DNA of 64,000 bases, taken from NCBI GenBank assembly GCA_963693365.1, contig CAVNZM010000006.1:8745355-8809354 (forward strand), given 5' to 3'. Made by a program: the position numbers and the translations under genes. The stretch is from Amoebidium appalachense (Eukaryota; Protista; Ichthyosporea). Positions within the stretch are counted from its first letter, which is position 1, and each line of letters opens with the position of its first letter. The notes beneath the pieces were generated by a model. The model did no database searches and was not told where the DNA came from. It worked only from the letters and a program-made list of their open reading frames with translations. Positions 1-12,356 of the stretch are shown piece by piece.

Positions 1-929
1 TCGCCCTCAATTTGCACCCCTCTGCCCTCCGGAAGGAACCCATCAGAGCTGCTGCCGTCGGAGCTTGGCCCTGCTGGAGGGGCAGCTTGAGCGTTGTCCA
101 GGTTAATATCCAACTCGTCGTTGTCGGCATCCTGCATAGCAAGTGTTGGTATGTCTGAAGGCGTGTCATCAGCAGGAAACGACCGGCCATTCGGTTGAAA
201 GTCCAGTGGGGCTGCCTGAGTATAGCGATTGTGTTAAGAAGAGGGTTAGACCGCCTGAAGTACTAACCAAAAGCTGTGAGATTGCAACGGTTTCCTATGT
301 ATAGGGGCCCCGGCTCACAAACTAGTACGACATTATGGGTCTAGGGGCTGCTGAACAGCGAAGCAGCGCTCCATGATGCATTGGGAGCTTTGGGGAGTTG
401 CAGGAAGTAAAGGGAAAGGAAAGTAAGGTAGCACAACGGAATTGTCTTGCCCCCCCAGCCACCCTGGATATGCTTTATCGTCGTGCGAAAACCCATCCCC
501 CCCCCCCCCCCCCCCCCCCAACCCCCCCGGGTCAACCCCTCGCTCTCTCGCCCTCCCCGGTGCCCCACCACCACATATTTAGATAGTCTAGCGAAGAACA
601 CGAAGTTCAAACCACAACACCCTTCTAAGACAACGAAAACTTAAAGAAGTAAGAATTACATGATAGAATTGGGAAATTGAGGTGAAGGCGGAGGAGAGAA
701 GGTCTAGCAATTGCGTAGGCAGCAATGCACCAGTACTATTCGTGTCCTATTTCAACAGCCAGGGGTTTGGAGAGGCCAGGGGAGCAAGCACCTCGTTCAT
801 GTCCACCACGGGCTGAGCATTTGTGTCATCGCCGACAAAGTCGAGTGCAGAGAAGTCGTCCACAGGCACGGCGGTAGCGGCTTGGCATGCCGCTATGGCG
901 GCTGCTAGAACTAGCACCCTGTGCTGCAT
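1..929 (-). CDS. Putative secreted acidic, low-complexity protein of unknown function; 5' part only (exon 1 929..792, exon 2 215..<1)
   Basis: ATG at 929 gives a signal-peptide-like MQHRVLVLAAAIAACQA. Donor GAG|GTGCTT at 791; acceptor CTTAAC...CTCAG| at 216. The phase-0 join continues open to the window edge (AAPLDFQPNGRSFPADDTPSDIPTLAMQDADNDELDINLD...). No family recognised. Confidence 0.7.
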
Positions 930-3503
930 TCTGACCTGGAGTGTTTGCGTGTTTGGGCGGATACTATGGTGTAGGGTACTGGTGTTGTGTAGCACAAATG
1001 ACTAATATATATACTCATTCGAGGAAGTATACAGGTTGCTGGGGGAACATTAGATTGGGTATTTGTGCAAAAGATTTCTGCTACTCGCTTCCTGCAATGA
1101 AACATAGAAAAGTATCTACAAGAGAGGAGAGCATTAGGAGTCTCTTCGGGTTGAGCTGTGCCGTCTGAGACTGAGACTCGCTGGCGAAACGGGAGTCGTG
1201 TTTTGCCACTTTCGGGGCTCAGTACCCTGGCATTTTAACGGTTACACTAAGAAATGATCTAAATAATCATTAAAATATAAACGCTTCTTTAGAGGTGTTA
1301 AATGTTTTGTTGGCCAATCACAAAGTACAACTATATTGCATGCAGAATATCAGGAAGGCAGCTTAGCCAGTTTTTTATCCATCTGGTATTTTTGGCGAGG
1401 CCCTTGCATTGGTTACAAACGCATCTTCGACAATCTTCAATATTCCATTGAGGGGGCGCTTCACATGCATGTAGAATATTCAGGTTCTCCGCTTTGCGAA
1501 GCCAAGACATGAAAAGCCAGTGCAGAAAGAAGGCTGCACAATAAACTAAACATGAAAGAACTAAAAATGTCTATTAACTATTATGCGTCTCATTTCTGGC
1601 AATGGCGTTAGGTAGCATTGTTACAAGCTGTATTATAAATTATTTTGATTGAGTTCGCACAAGACTCGTAACGCAAATGCTGACCCAAAAGTAGAAGTTG
1701 TAGGAGATTCCCGGTTCGGGGAATCGGGCCTGTGTGGCACGCTGTGCCGGGCACATGTGCGAGACCGTGGCGCATTTCGTGCCGCAGCTAGCGTGCGAGC
1801 TTGACATACGTATACATTCACGGACAGGCTCTCACGGACCCAAAGAACCGGGCAAACAAGAGGATAGCCAACACCCCCCTTCAAGATTACAGTGTTGGTA
1901 AGGTTTATGTACCCTATAGTAGCCTTCCTTACATTGCAGTATGAATATGGAAGAAAGTAAGACATGAAATTTACGAAATAAGACGTTTCTCTGTCCCTAC
2001 CAAACCTACCAAACTCCACTGCAAGGTCTGCACATGCAAGAGCACACAGTCCACCCCACCCCCCTCACCACGTCAAGGCCTCCCCGGGAAGATATACAGG
2101 TCTCTCTCTCTCGCTCCCCCCCCCCCCCCCCCCCCTCCCCCTCTCACTCCTCTCTCTCTCTCCCCCCTCCCCCCCCCCCCCCCCCCAACTCCCCCCCCTC
2201 TCCCCCTCTCCCCCACTCTCTCTCTCGCTCTTCCTCTCTCTCGCTCTCTCTTTGTTTATCTCTCTCTCGCTGGGCTCTTCGTTCTTTCCTGTTCCTCCTC
2301 CCCCTCCTCCTCCCCCCCCCCCCCCCCTCCCAACCCCCCCCCCCCCCACCACCACCTAGGTGCCGCACCCATAGTATTATGTCACCAGTAGAATCCATGA
2401 GCACAACTACTACGAGGAAGCATGGACCATCCAAACAACTCAGCTCAAGAATCTAATCTGCGCTGCAGCAATGTCATTGTCAATGCACACGGCTCCCCCC
2501 AGGCCGCCTCCCTCTAACCTTTCGACCACGGTCGCTGCTTCGGCCCCTCGAGCTCGGGCCTCGGCTCTCCTGCTCGCTCCCACACGCACCACATGCGTGC
2601 CCCTTTCCTCCCCCCGTCTCCATCGCCCGTTCTCTTCTTCCAAGCATCGAGCTCCGGTAGCCGCTCTCTCTCTCTCTCTCCCTTCCCCCTCCGCCCCCTC
2701 CCCCCCCCCCCCTCCCCCCTCTTCGCCTCAGTCTCAGCCTCTCTCTCTCCCGAGTCTCTCTCTCCCTCCCTCTCTCCCCCTCCCTCTCTCTCCCCCCTCC
2801 CCTTCCCCTCCCCCCCCCCCCCCCCCTCTCTCTCTCTCTGTGTGTTTGTGTATGCGGCGTGTGTGTGTGCACAGGTGCTGCGTGACAGGCATGCGCAAGT
2901 GCGCTTATGGGTGCATATATTTCTCATTTCGCGCGCACGCGCGTGTGTTGGTTGTGTGTACGTGTATGTGCGAGTGCGCAGGCGCAAACCCACAGACGCT
3001 TTTGCACGCCGGCACGTGTGCATCTCGTTGTGTGTTTGTTTTCTCTAGCTAAGTGTTGTGTCGTAGTGCGCCTGCGTGGGCAATTGTGAGCGCGCTCATT
3101 GACAAGTGCGCGTGTGTACGTGTGCGTGACTGCTAGGTACGCGTGCATACACAGCAGTGTACGTTAATGTTTTGGTGTCTGTGTGTGCCTGTACGTATGC
3201 AGTGCTTGCGTGCGTGCGTACCTTGTGTGTGAAGCGAAGTGGAAATGGACATGAACATCTCAGGCTGCAGTACATAGTACACAGGACGTTAAAAGTCACT
3301 GAACAACCCCAGGGCTGGTTGCTGGTGGGCCATTGCAAACCCGCAAAAATATTACTTCGAAGGGCAGAGCCACCAGGTGTGCACGAGCGCAGCTCCCTCG
3401 GCTTCCAAAGTTCATTGTTCTTGCCGGGCTCTAGTCAGTGAGTCAACCGTCACTGGTGCAGCGCTGACTGCAGGATTAGGTAAATTCCTAAGGGTGCGCG
3501 CGA

Positions 3504-3512
3504 AGCCAATCA
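3504..3512 (+). promoter_or_regulatory. Possible CCAAT box upstream of a candidate first exon
   Basis: AGCCAATCA about 100 bp upstream of ATG 3608, in a stretch free of simple repeats. Motif match only. Confidence 0.25.
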
Positions 3513-3607
3513 ACTGCGTAAACCAAAAATTACCATATTTGGCTATGTAAACGAAACCATAATCTGACTCATCGGACACAGTCACAGTCACCGATCGCTT
3601 TCCATCG

Positions 3608-3656
3608 ATGAGTGATGGGCAAAGTGACGTGTCCAGTGTGGATCTCAGCCAACCCT
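3608..3656 (+). CDS. Candidate first coding exon, possibly of the ET-domain gene
   Basis: MSDGQSDVSSVDLSQP followed by a GTGCGC donor. The exon chain across 3700-6740 could not be resolved. Confidence 0.3.
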
Positions 3657-6276
3657 GTGCGCTAGAATGTTCAAAAATGTGTGCACTAGTTGCGAGTGTG
3701 CATATGCATGGCTGCGTGTCTGCTGGCGAGGAGAAATACTTGAGCGACTTTCATTTGCCAGTGTGGGCTAGCGCTCCGTAGCCTCTCGGGCTCAAGGTCT
3801 AGTGTACATAAAGAGCCTGTGTTTCCTTTTGGCACGCACGCTCGGAAACAGGAATCCTTCGGCAGGAAAAGTGGTGCTCAGCTTCTTGCACGCTGTATTG
3901 GTGCTATGCAGCTCAAGAGTGTGCACAGGAGTGCAGTACAAGATTCCTAAGTGACATGCATTTTATCTAGTTGGCTGATGTGATATTGTTTCCTATGTCC
4001 CGAGGTAGAGGAAACTAAGCATCTGCACAACACAAGCATGAAAAGGGAAAAATCGTGATTAAAGCAGAAGTTCAGAAAAATGGTGAGGATAACGAGCACG
4101 GCTGTTCCACTTGTGCATAATAGGGTATCAAAGGCAATTGGGTGCTATATAGTGCGCCACTGAATCCTAGTTATGCGTCTTCGCATACACATTCCAAGTG
4201 TATATACGTGGAATATGTACGCTGCTTTAACGCTAGTAACAAATTAGTTGCATAAGCTGCGTATATCCACTGTTTCCGCAAACTTAGTTCCTCTTGCTGA
4301 AAGAGGAAGATCGTTCCTTGTTGGGGACCAGGTTTCGCCTTTTAGTCGGTCTTCGGTGCTAATGTGGAAGAGTCCAGATTTTTATTGACCCCGTATAAAG
4401 GGATCAGTGGAATATATTATGAACGCATTCGGCCTTGCTCGCTCATTCCATGTACGCCTTCAGTTGAGCTCCGCCATGAATATCCGAAGTTTATTAGCTG
4501 GTGCACGTGTAAACTTTGAAACATGTGAACTTGCACATGCAGCACGAGAGTCCAGGCCAGGCTTCGAAATTCATGAAGTCTAAGATTTGATTACAACCAA
4601 TCGGCTTCATAGAAATCACACAAAGACTCCATGTTAGCCAATCGTTGAGCAGCACGACCAAGTCAATCTGTGTGCATGTGCGCTGCTACGCTGAGGCCTC
4701 ACTCAAAACCTGTGGATTTTTAAGCAAATGATAAACTACGAATTATAAGTTTTGCATAAAGCAAACAACGACTTTTAAACTCTCAGTTTGTCAAATTAGC
4801 CAATCATAGTGTGACTTTTCAAAATCCTATAGACCTTTGGAAAGGAGCACAATAGCTTTATTTGGTCTGTAAATGGCTGTTCTAAGTGGCTCTCTCGGGG
4901 TTCGAAAAGGCTCAGTTGTCACCAGAACGGTATATCACGGGCCCTTGTACATGTGCGATGCCCGGTCCTTTATTGTGTACTATAACATCGTTATCATCAT
5001 TTAGAGAGATTCTTGACTGAATACTATCTCTGCTCTTTATACAGAACATTTCTTAGCGCTTGATGCGCCTTCACGCCTGCTTGGAGCTGACTAAAGCGCA
5101 GAGGGACTTTATAAGCACCAATGCTTTTCAGAAACTCTGTGAGGGTAACTGCGAAGGCACCGAAAGTCGACGGTGATTACTCGGCTCCACGGTCACCATG
5201 AGTGTGGTTGCCAAGCCCCCGGGAATGACTGGGTACGTATTCCGACCTACATGATCCTTATTCAAAATTCTTGTTCTCTTGTGAAAAGTGGATGCCAATG
5301 TATTTTGTCACACGTTCCACATGTAAAAGGCTCTTGGCTAGGGCAACGAGCTGTTCGCTGATCACGTACGCATCGCTTCTTTCAGGGATCCTTTCTTCTC
5401 TCAGGCGAGTGCTGGGAATACGAGGAATTATAGTGAAACACATGTGTGAGCGTCTTTTTTGACATCACTGACAAACCGTTCTGAATTTTTTTCTAGCCAC
5501 TGTTCCTCCCCTCCGGGTTTTCGTTGGTGCCACGTCTATTCGGATGTTTGCTTCCCTCATTAACAGTCACTTGTGACCACACCTTTGGTAATTGGGTTAC
5601 CCACCTCCCCGTTTACAAGTTAGTGCACAACATACCATTACGGGTAGTTTACATATGAAAGGATTAAACGTCGACTGCAGCCTCGGACGGCTCTTGCCCT
5701 GTTTATGCGGAACGGCGGGAGACACAGGATGGGGAAGGAAATAATTTGCAGTTTTGACTACCGATGGGTTTCTTTTTTCCCATTGTGCTAAGGTGTAAAA
5801 TCTTGTAAATAGGTCTAGTGCGGAAGCCATCCCCTCCCCCTCCCCTTTCTGGCCATATTTTCTCCACCATCTCTTCCCGTTCGCCGTATGGACAGTTTTC
5901 AGTGAGTTATATGGTTTATCCTCCTTCTTCTTTTGTGTCAGGGTGTACAGTCACGTGCACTTGTCCATTCCAGTTGCTATATCTGCTTCCTCGGCCTCTC
6001 TCCTGCTCCCTCCCCTCCTCTCCCTTCCCATTTTTACCGTCCTTTCTATGGCTCCCTTCCTCCCCCCCCCTCCCTCCCTTCCTCCCTCCCTCCCTCCCTC
6101 CCTCCCATCTACCGACCTGTCTCACCTTCAGCTCTTGCTTTCCGCAAGAGACCCACCCTCTCGTTTATCTCTTTGGTTCTGCGTTCGCTGTTCCTACCTT
6201 TGTCCAGGTGCTGCCACTGTTCTGTACTCCAGGTCAATACAGTTCTTGGGAAATCCCCATCTATCCCCCCCCTCCC

Positions 6277-6411
6277 TGAGGATGGGCTCTGCTTATGACG
6301 CATACTGTGCGCATGGATGATGTTGCATACTTGAATGTTTGCCTTTGCATGTGTCCTGCACCATGCTTCTCATCGTGTATGCGTACTTCATACCGTGTTC
6401 CGCATTCCAAA
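6277..6411 (+). mobile_element. Short dispersed element (TGAGGATGGGCTCT...GCATTCCAAA) bounded by C-runs, copy 1
   Basis: Its 5' end and 3' GCATTC..AA end are shared with copies at 18334 and 49319, and its 5' part with 49075. Confidence 0.6.
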
Positions 6412-6442
<31 letters not shown>

Positions 6443-6740
6443 CCCCCGCCCACCCCCCACCCCCCTGCTGCTCTCGAAGGCTCCTTGTTCTTTCGAGAAG
6501 GTTTTGGAACTATTTTTTCACTTGTGCATCAAGATATCCAAACGTTGCTTCTGGAACAACATGAGCAGGGTTTAACAGTTTTTACTGCGCTTCTTGTTGC
6601 CCGTCTCTTGTAAGCCATGGACAACCAAGAAAGTACTAATATTCGGCTAGCAAACACTTTGAACTAAACTTGAAAATCCGCACAGTTTTAAGGAAATTAT
6701 GTTGTGCTGGATGTTCTTGTTAACAAAGCACATACAACAG

Positions 6741-7845
6741 CTCCCCTCAGTATCTCTCATCTGATGTCATTGGAACCTTCTTCCAATCATCGTCAGTATG
6801 CCTCAACGCCGACCTGCTCGATAAAGAAATCGAGAGGATGAAGGCCGAATTTGGGTGAGTTCTGTCCTGCAATTTTCCACGTATATGATCAAGAGCTAGG
6901 GCACGGAAATCACGGTTGCTAAGCGCGTTCACGTGTGCTCTGTCTAAGCAATTATTATGTAGATGTGCCTGTGCGTAGCTGTACATGTGCTTTCAATCAG
7001 CCAGCTGCAGCGATGCTGTCGTGTTGCATTGTAATGTGACGACCCCCCCCCCCCCCCCCCCCCTCTTCTTTCCCCCTTCCCCCTTCCCCCCCTCACTCCA
7101 AAAAAAAAAAAATTAAAACCCTTTAGCGAATCAATAAGTAAACAGAAACTAACAATGCAATAAATAGTTGGAAAACGAAAACCGCTAGGGTAGGGAGGGA
7201 GATGGAGAAAGAGAGGTGGTGGTGGTGGTGGTGGTGGGGGGGGGGGGGGGGGGGAGAGAGAGAGACAGATGAGGGAAAGGGGGGGGGGGGGGGGGGGAGG
7301 AGAGGGAGAGGGAGAGGGAGGGCAGTGTGTGAGAAGGTGTGTTAAGATTGACGGTGGAATGAAATGAGACAAAAATAAATGAGGGATGAAAAACACGAAA
7401 AGACTTCTCTTACTTTTAGAATAGCAGAGGTTGTGTATGTGTCTGTGTTCTGGGACGTTTTTTTTTTTTTTTTTTGCCTTTCCCGGTGGGTGGGTGGGTT
7501 GGTGGGTGGGTGGGGGGGGGGGGGGGGGGGGGGGGGGTTCTGTTTTTGCTTATGGATTACACACTCTAAACGCAATTGATTTTCTTTGCACCAGGCCACG
7601 AAGCACCCAATACGGGTCACGGGACCTGCCTTGCCCGCTACCCACACCGCCTCTGTCCGTGAAATCCATGTCCCCGGTGTCTTCCAGTCCCCGGTCGCAG
7701 CACACAGTCAGCACGTGCAGCAGCAGCAGCCTGTCGGACAACAGCGAGGGGGAGCTGGAGGAGGACTCGTTTGTCAACCAGCTGTCCATGGATGTGAGCA
7801 CTGCATCAAACCAGCTCTCGGACGGTAAGACTATTTTTTTTTTTT

Positions 7846-7886
<41 letters not shown>

Positions 7887-8788
7887 AGGGGAGGGGAGGG
7901 GGGAGGGGGGAGGGGGGGATGTGTGATGGATGTACCTTCTGGCCATGGTCTGGTTTGATGGTGTTTGTGTGTAATGGTGCTCGGTGCGCCCACGTGTGGT
8001 GGTGGTGGTGGGTGGTGCCCCGGGGGGGGGGGGGGGGGGGGGGGAAGAGGGGTACCGAATGTATTGGATCAACGCTCATGCGTGTTTTGCTGTTGCGCGT
8101 GTGCGAGCACGTGTATGTGTGTGGCATGTATTTGTGTTGTGAGTGCATGCGTGCGCGTGAATGTGGGTGTTGAGAGGGGCGGAGGGGATGGGTGGGAATG
8201 GGTGTTTTTTTTGGGGGGGGGGGGGGGGGGGAAGGGGGGAAGGGGGGGAGGGAGGGGGTGGGGGGGGTTGATCTGAGTTGTAGTGATTGTTGATGCAGGG
8301 TGAGAGATTTATTCGTGTGCATATGAAGGTGGTTGTGTTGCGTGGATGCATGTAAGGATAACGAGATGAATTGTTGACATGTGCCTACTTGATCCTTAAA
8401 CTGTACATTGTCCTAATGCCCACATCACCTCATTCTTGATTTTTCTGGAATTACACGGGTGTGTGCTTGTATGGGTACATTTTCCATTTTGGGAATGAGA
8501 AAGGATGGAGACAGAGGTGTGTGTAAACGTATGTGTGTGTGTTTGGAGATGGAGGGGGACGTAGCAGACACGGGCAGTTGGTGCACAATAGCTTTTGTGG
8601 TTGTAGCAACCAGAGCAAGCAAAACGGGGCATGCTTTGACATGGTGTGCTCTTGCAGAGGAGGATTTTATTGCACCCACGAGGAAAGACAGGCCAGCCAA
8701 GAGGCTGGATGGGGGCTGGAGCACAAGTTCTGAGTCGTCTTCAAGCAGCGACGACTCATCCAGCTCCAGTTCAGGTCAGCATCCCCCC

Positions 8789-8824
<36 letters not shown>

Positions 8825-9312
8825 AACAACAACAACAACAAAAAAAGCCCCCCCCCCAAAAAAAAGAAAATAAAAAAGTAAAAACAAAAAACAAAAAGTT
8901 CACCTGCACACCTTCTTTGCACATAAAAAAACCCTATACCCCAGCAAGAGCCTGAATCCTGCATTCCTTTCTTCACCACTTTGTGGCCGCATATATATGC
9001 TCGTGCTCACCTCCACATCCCACACAGACGATTCATCCGACAGCAGTTCGTCTGACAGCGAAGGCAGCGAGGCCGAGGACGAGGATGACCCCATTCCCAG
9101 CAGTGCAAAATCCAGCCAGGCCAAGAGGGCCAAGGGCAGCGCAAAGCCGCCCAGCAAGCCTAGTGAGTCATCCATCAACAGCCTGGCCGTGGTTTCTTCC
9201 CTCTCGGCTGCAATTCCTCGCCTGCCCGTCAACGCAATGGTCGGTGTGGTCAAAATTATCGACCCGTCTGCAAGCGCACAAGAAATGGAAGAGTTTGTTG
9301 TCGGTATGCACA

Positions 9313-9376
<64 letters not shown>

Positions 9377-10538
9377 AAAACAACAAAAAACACACAAACA
9401 AACAAACAAAAAAGACTCACACAGGCACTTGCATATCCACATCGACAGACACGTCCACACCCACCCAACCGCACAATAAGTAAAGTACGAGCATGTACAC
9501 ACGTGTGTAGGTTCACATGTACAGGCATCCACACAACCACGGTTAGCCGGCGTCTCTTGTGGGTGTAAAAAACTTTTCTATTCCGCATGGCATAGAAGCA
9601 GGAAAAATGTGCAAAACTTTACTTCAAACCACGAAATCTGGCAGTTCACAGTCTGTAGCATTTACCTATCGGTTATCCGTTGTTGGGTTGCGTTGTTTGT
9701 GCTCACACGCGTGTGCTACACAGACCTCAGCTCGCTGGATGAACGCAAACTGCTACAGCTGCACACGTACGTCATGGACCAAATCCACCAGCAGATTACG
9801 CAGCTGGCCGCCGAGCAGACAAAAACGAAAACGGGCTCAAAGACAACAAAACGCGTCAGGCCTGAGGACAACCATCCACCCGTTGGTGGCAAGCGACCAC
9901 GTTCAGAAGCGGAGAAACGGGCAAAGCTCCAACCGGGAACTGAAAATGCGCCAGCGGGAGCAGGGAAGAGGCCACGTGTGCAACCAGAGAATGCGTCTCC
10001 GGGAGCGGGTAAACGGCCACGCCCACAAACGGCCGGTAAGAGGATTTTGCCAGGGAAGCGCCCACGAAACACGCCGAGCGAGCCACAACAGGAAATTTTG
10101 CCCGCGGCACCACCACCACCCGTGGCCCCCACACAGAAGGGCCGAAAATCGCCCACAACACTTCTGACCAGCGTACGCCCGACACCGGACCCCGAGCCAT
10201 CGACAAAAGACAAACGCAGTGCCACACGGTCAAAATCCGGCTCGGTAAAGTCCACCGCCACATCATCCCCCGAGAGCACAGCACCCAAAAAGAGACTGTT
10301 GATGGGTGGACCGAAATCAGGGGAGCCACCAGCGAAAAAATCGCCTCAACCCCCTGCACCCGCCCCTGCTACCAAAAAAGGCAAGAAGAGCGCCACTCCG
10401 AAAAGCACCTCTAAGAATGCCCGGGTCACAAAAACAAAGGAGACGGTGGTGACTCCTCCTGCGAGCAGCGCCCTGTGGCCGACCTCCCTCTACACATGCG
10501 ATGACGATGAGGACTTCGTGGATGTTGTGGGTGTGTGA
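6741..10538 (+). CDS. ET (extraterminal/NET/AHD-like) domain chromatin protein, 3' exons; possibly BET- or YEATS-family
   Basis: Phase-consistent GT-AG exons 6741(or 6751)-6854, 7595-7824, 8658-8774, 9028-9303, 9724-10538. The spliced segment LSAAIPRLPVNAMVGVVKIIDPSASAQEMEEFVV/DLSSLDERKLLQLHTYV follows the ET pattern (L..i..Lp......vv.II........e.e.D...L....l..L..YV). It is preceded by a Ser/Asp/Glu tract and followed by a Lys/Pro-rich tail with repeated GKRPR NLS-like motifs. Confidence 0.75.
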
Positions 10539-11179
10539 TTTTTTACCCGGTTTTTTCCCCTCTTGCACTAGCTCCCGGCACACACACACTATTGTACATT
10601 GCCACGTAATAGTATGAACTATTGTATGTACCTGCACATGCATGCACGTTGTTTCAATGTACAAGCTGGGGAAAGAGCGGGGAAAGAACTCACAGTCCGC
10701 CGTGACCTGACACCACCGATTGAAAGGGCAAAATTTTGTAGGTTGCTGTTTGTATATTGATACCTTACGTGTTCTGATATCAAATCTCTGTTGAAGATGA
10801 AGGCATGAAAGTCTGTGACAAACACTGATAATGAAATTTTGCAGTGAACGAAGTGCTCGAAATGAACCATGTTTAAAGGCATATGTAGGTGGCCGTGATG
10901 TGTGCTTTGCTGTTCGGATGTCCGGCTCTTTGGATGGCGTGGCCACTGCCAGTGTTGGTGTCCTCTGTTGTTGGTGTCCTGCATGTACATGTGGTGTTGA
11001 AATACACAACGGTGGCTGTGCCAGAATCAACGGCTATGCACTAAAGCAGGCAATATCATCGACGACGAGTGTTAACTGTTCCAGTTGTCCCTCAAGATCG
11101 TCACATGCTCCATGATACCGGCACATGCACATATTTGCCCTACTGTGGCCCCATGGAGTCGCGTACGCATGGCCGCGGC

Positions 11180-11230
11180 GGTACCATGACCTTGCTCACA
11201 CATTACAGTGGTACCATGACCTTGCTCACA
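11180..11230. repeat. Short direct duplication, 30-bp period
   Basis: GGTACCATGACCTTGCTCACA occurs at 11180 and 11210. Confidence 0.85.
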
Positions 11231-12356
11231 TCGGAATGGCTTCGATGGGCTTTGACGGCGCATAGCATGACCCATACCCAATGCAACATAGGCTCACCCC
11301 CACGTGAGTGGATGTGCACACCTGACACAATATATATTTCATGCAAGCATGTTGCTTAGCACGTGCCCCTTTCCCTCGTTGTGTAACATGTCGATGACGT
11401 CCCCATGTGGCGAAGCAGTATGACGTAAGCAGATTGGCTGAATTGGTCGAAGATCATGTATACGTAAGATGTATGCCGCGAAGGGCCTACGTTGAACTGC
11501 ATTCCGCAAAGTGATTGGCGTGGCCAAACCAAGTCTCAAGACTCTGACTCCTGACCGGGTATTTCAACATGTCAAAGATTATTTGAAACATGGAAAGAAA
11601 AAAAATCACGGTAGTATATTGTTTACATTTATGTAGGTAAATTGTCAGGAGGAAGAATGCTCCTGGAACATGAAACATTTGGGGAGTTCCCTATCGATCA
11701 GGGGTTGTGGGGGTTTGGCTGCGTTACCCGTTTCCTTAAACACAATCGTACTGCCAGAATTTCTAAATCGTACTGGCGGGGTTTGTCTCATTTAGGATAA
11801 TTAAATTTGACGACCCATTTCAGTTCATTTTACACCCCCTTAGCAATTACACACCCCGATTGACAAAACAGGGCTTCATACTCCACTCTGGAGTGCCAAA
11901 ATAACCGCCTGACCACCTTTTACCTGGGAAAGCACCTCTTTTTGTATGAAAACACACCAAAGTACACTATTTTTGCCTATATCACCGCTACGAAAAACCA
12001 ATACAGCTCCTCACAGCGTTACTCGTTTTGACCCGCTAGGCTTTCCAAAATCGTAAATACGACGATTTTGGGTTGCAATTCAACCCCTGCTATCGATTTT
12101 TTATTATTGGTAAATTATCATGCTGCAAGCATGTCGTTATCGGCAAAATCTATGCTGATGGGCCGTGCTGTCATTCGGTCAAATGCTATCGGCTTTCCTG
12201 AGAGCATTCAAGGTTGTGGATTTAGAAACGAAAAGTTTAGACAGAAAGTTTTTGACTTCAAGTTTTACCTGAGACGTTTTGGATATAGTCCTTTTCAGGG
12301 TCACGGTTAAAAGCGCATACGTGAATACGTAGGTTTGACTGGCCAAAGTTCGAAAA

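Noticed and set aside
600-791. Stop-codon readthrough or alternative genetic code (minus-strand frame continues after TAG at 749; TAG/TGA near candidate LYST 5' exons)
   Set aside because: All four gene models splice in frame without internal stops, and the conserved BEACH exons translate normally with the standard code.
1160-1200. Hammerhead-like CTGAGA...GAAAC...GTC
   Set aside because: The core is not CUGANGA, and stems I and III cannot be formed convincingly.
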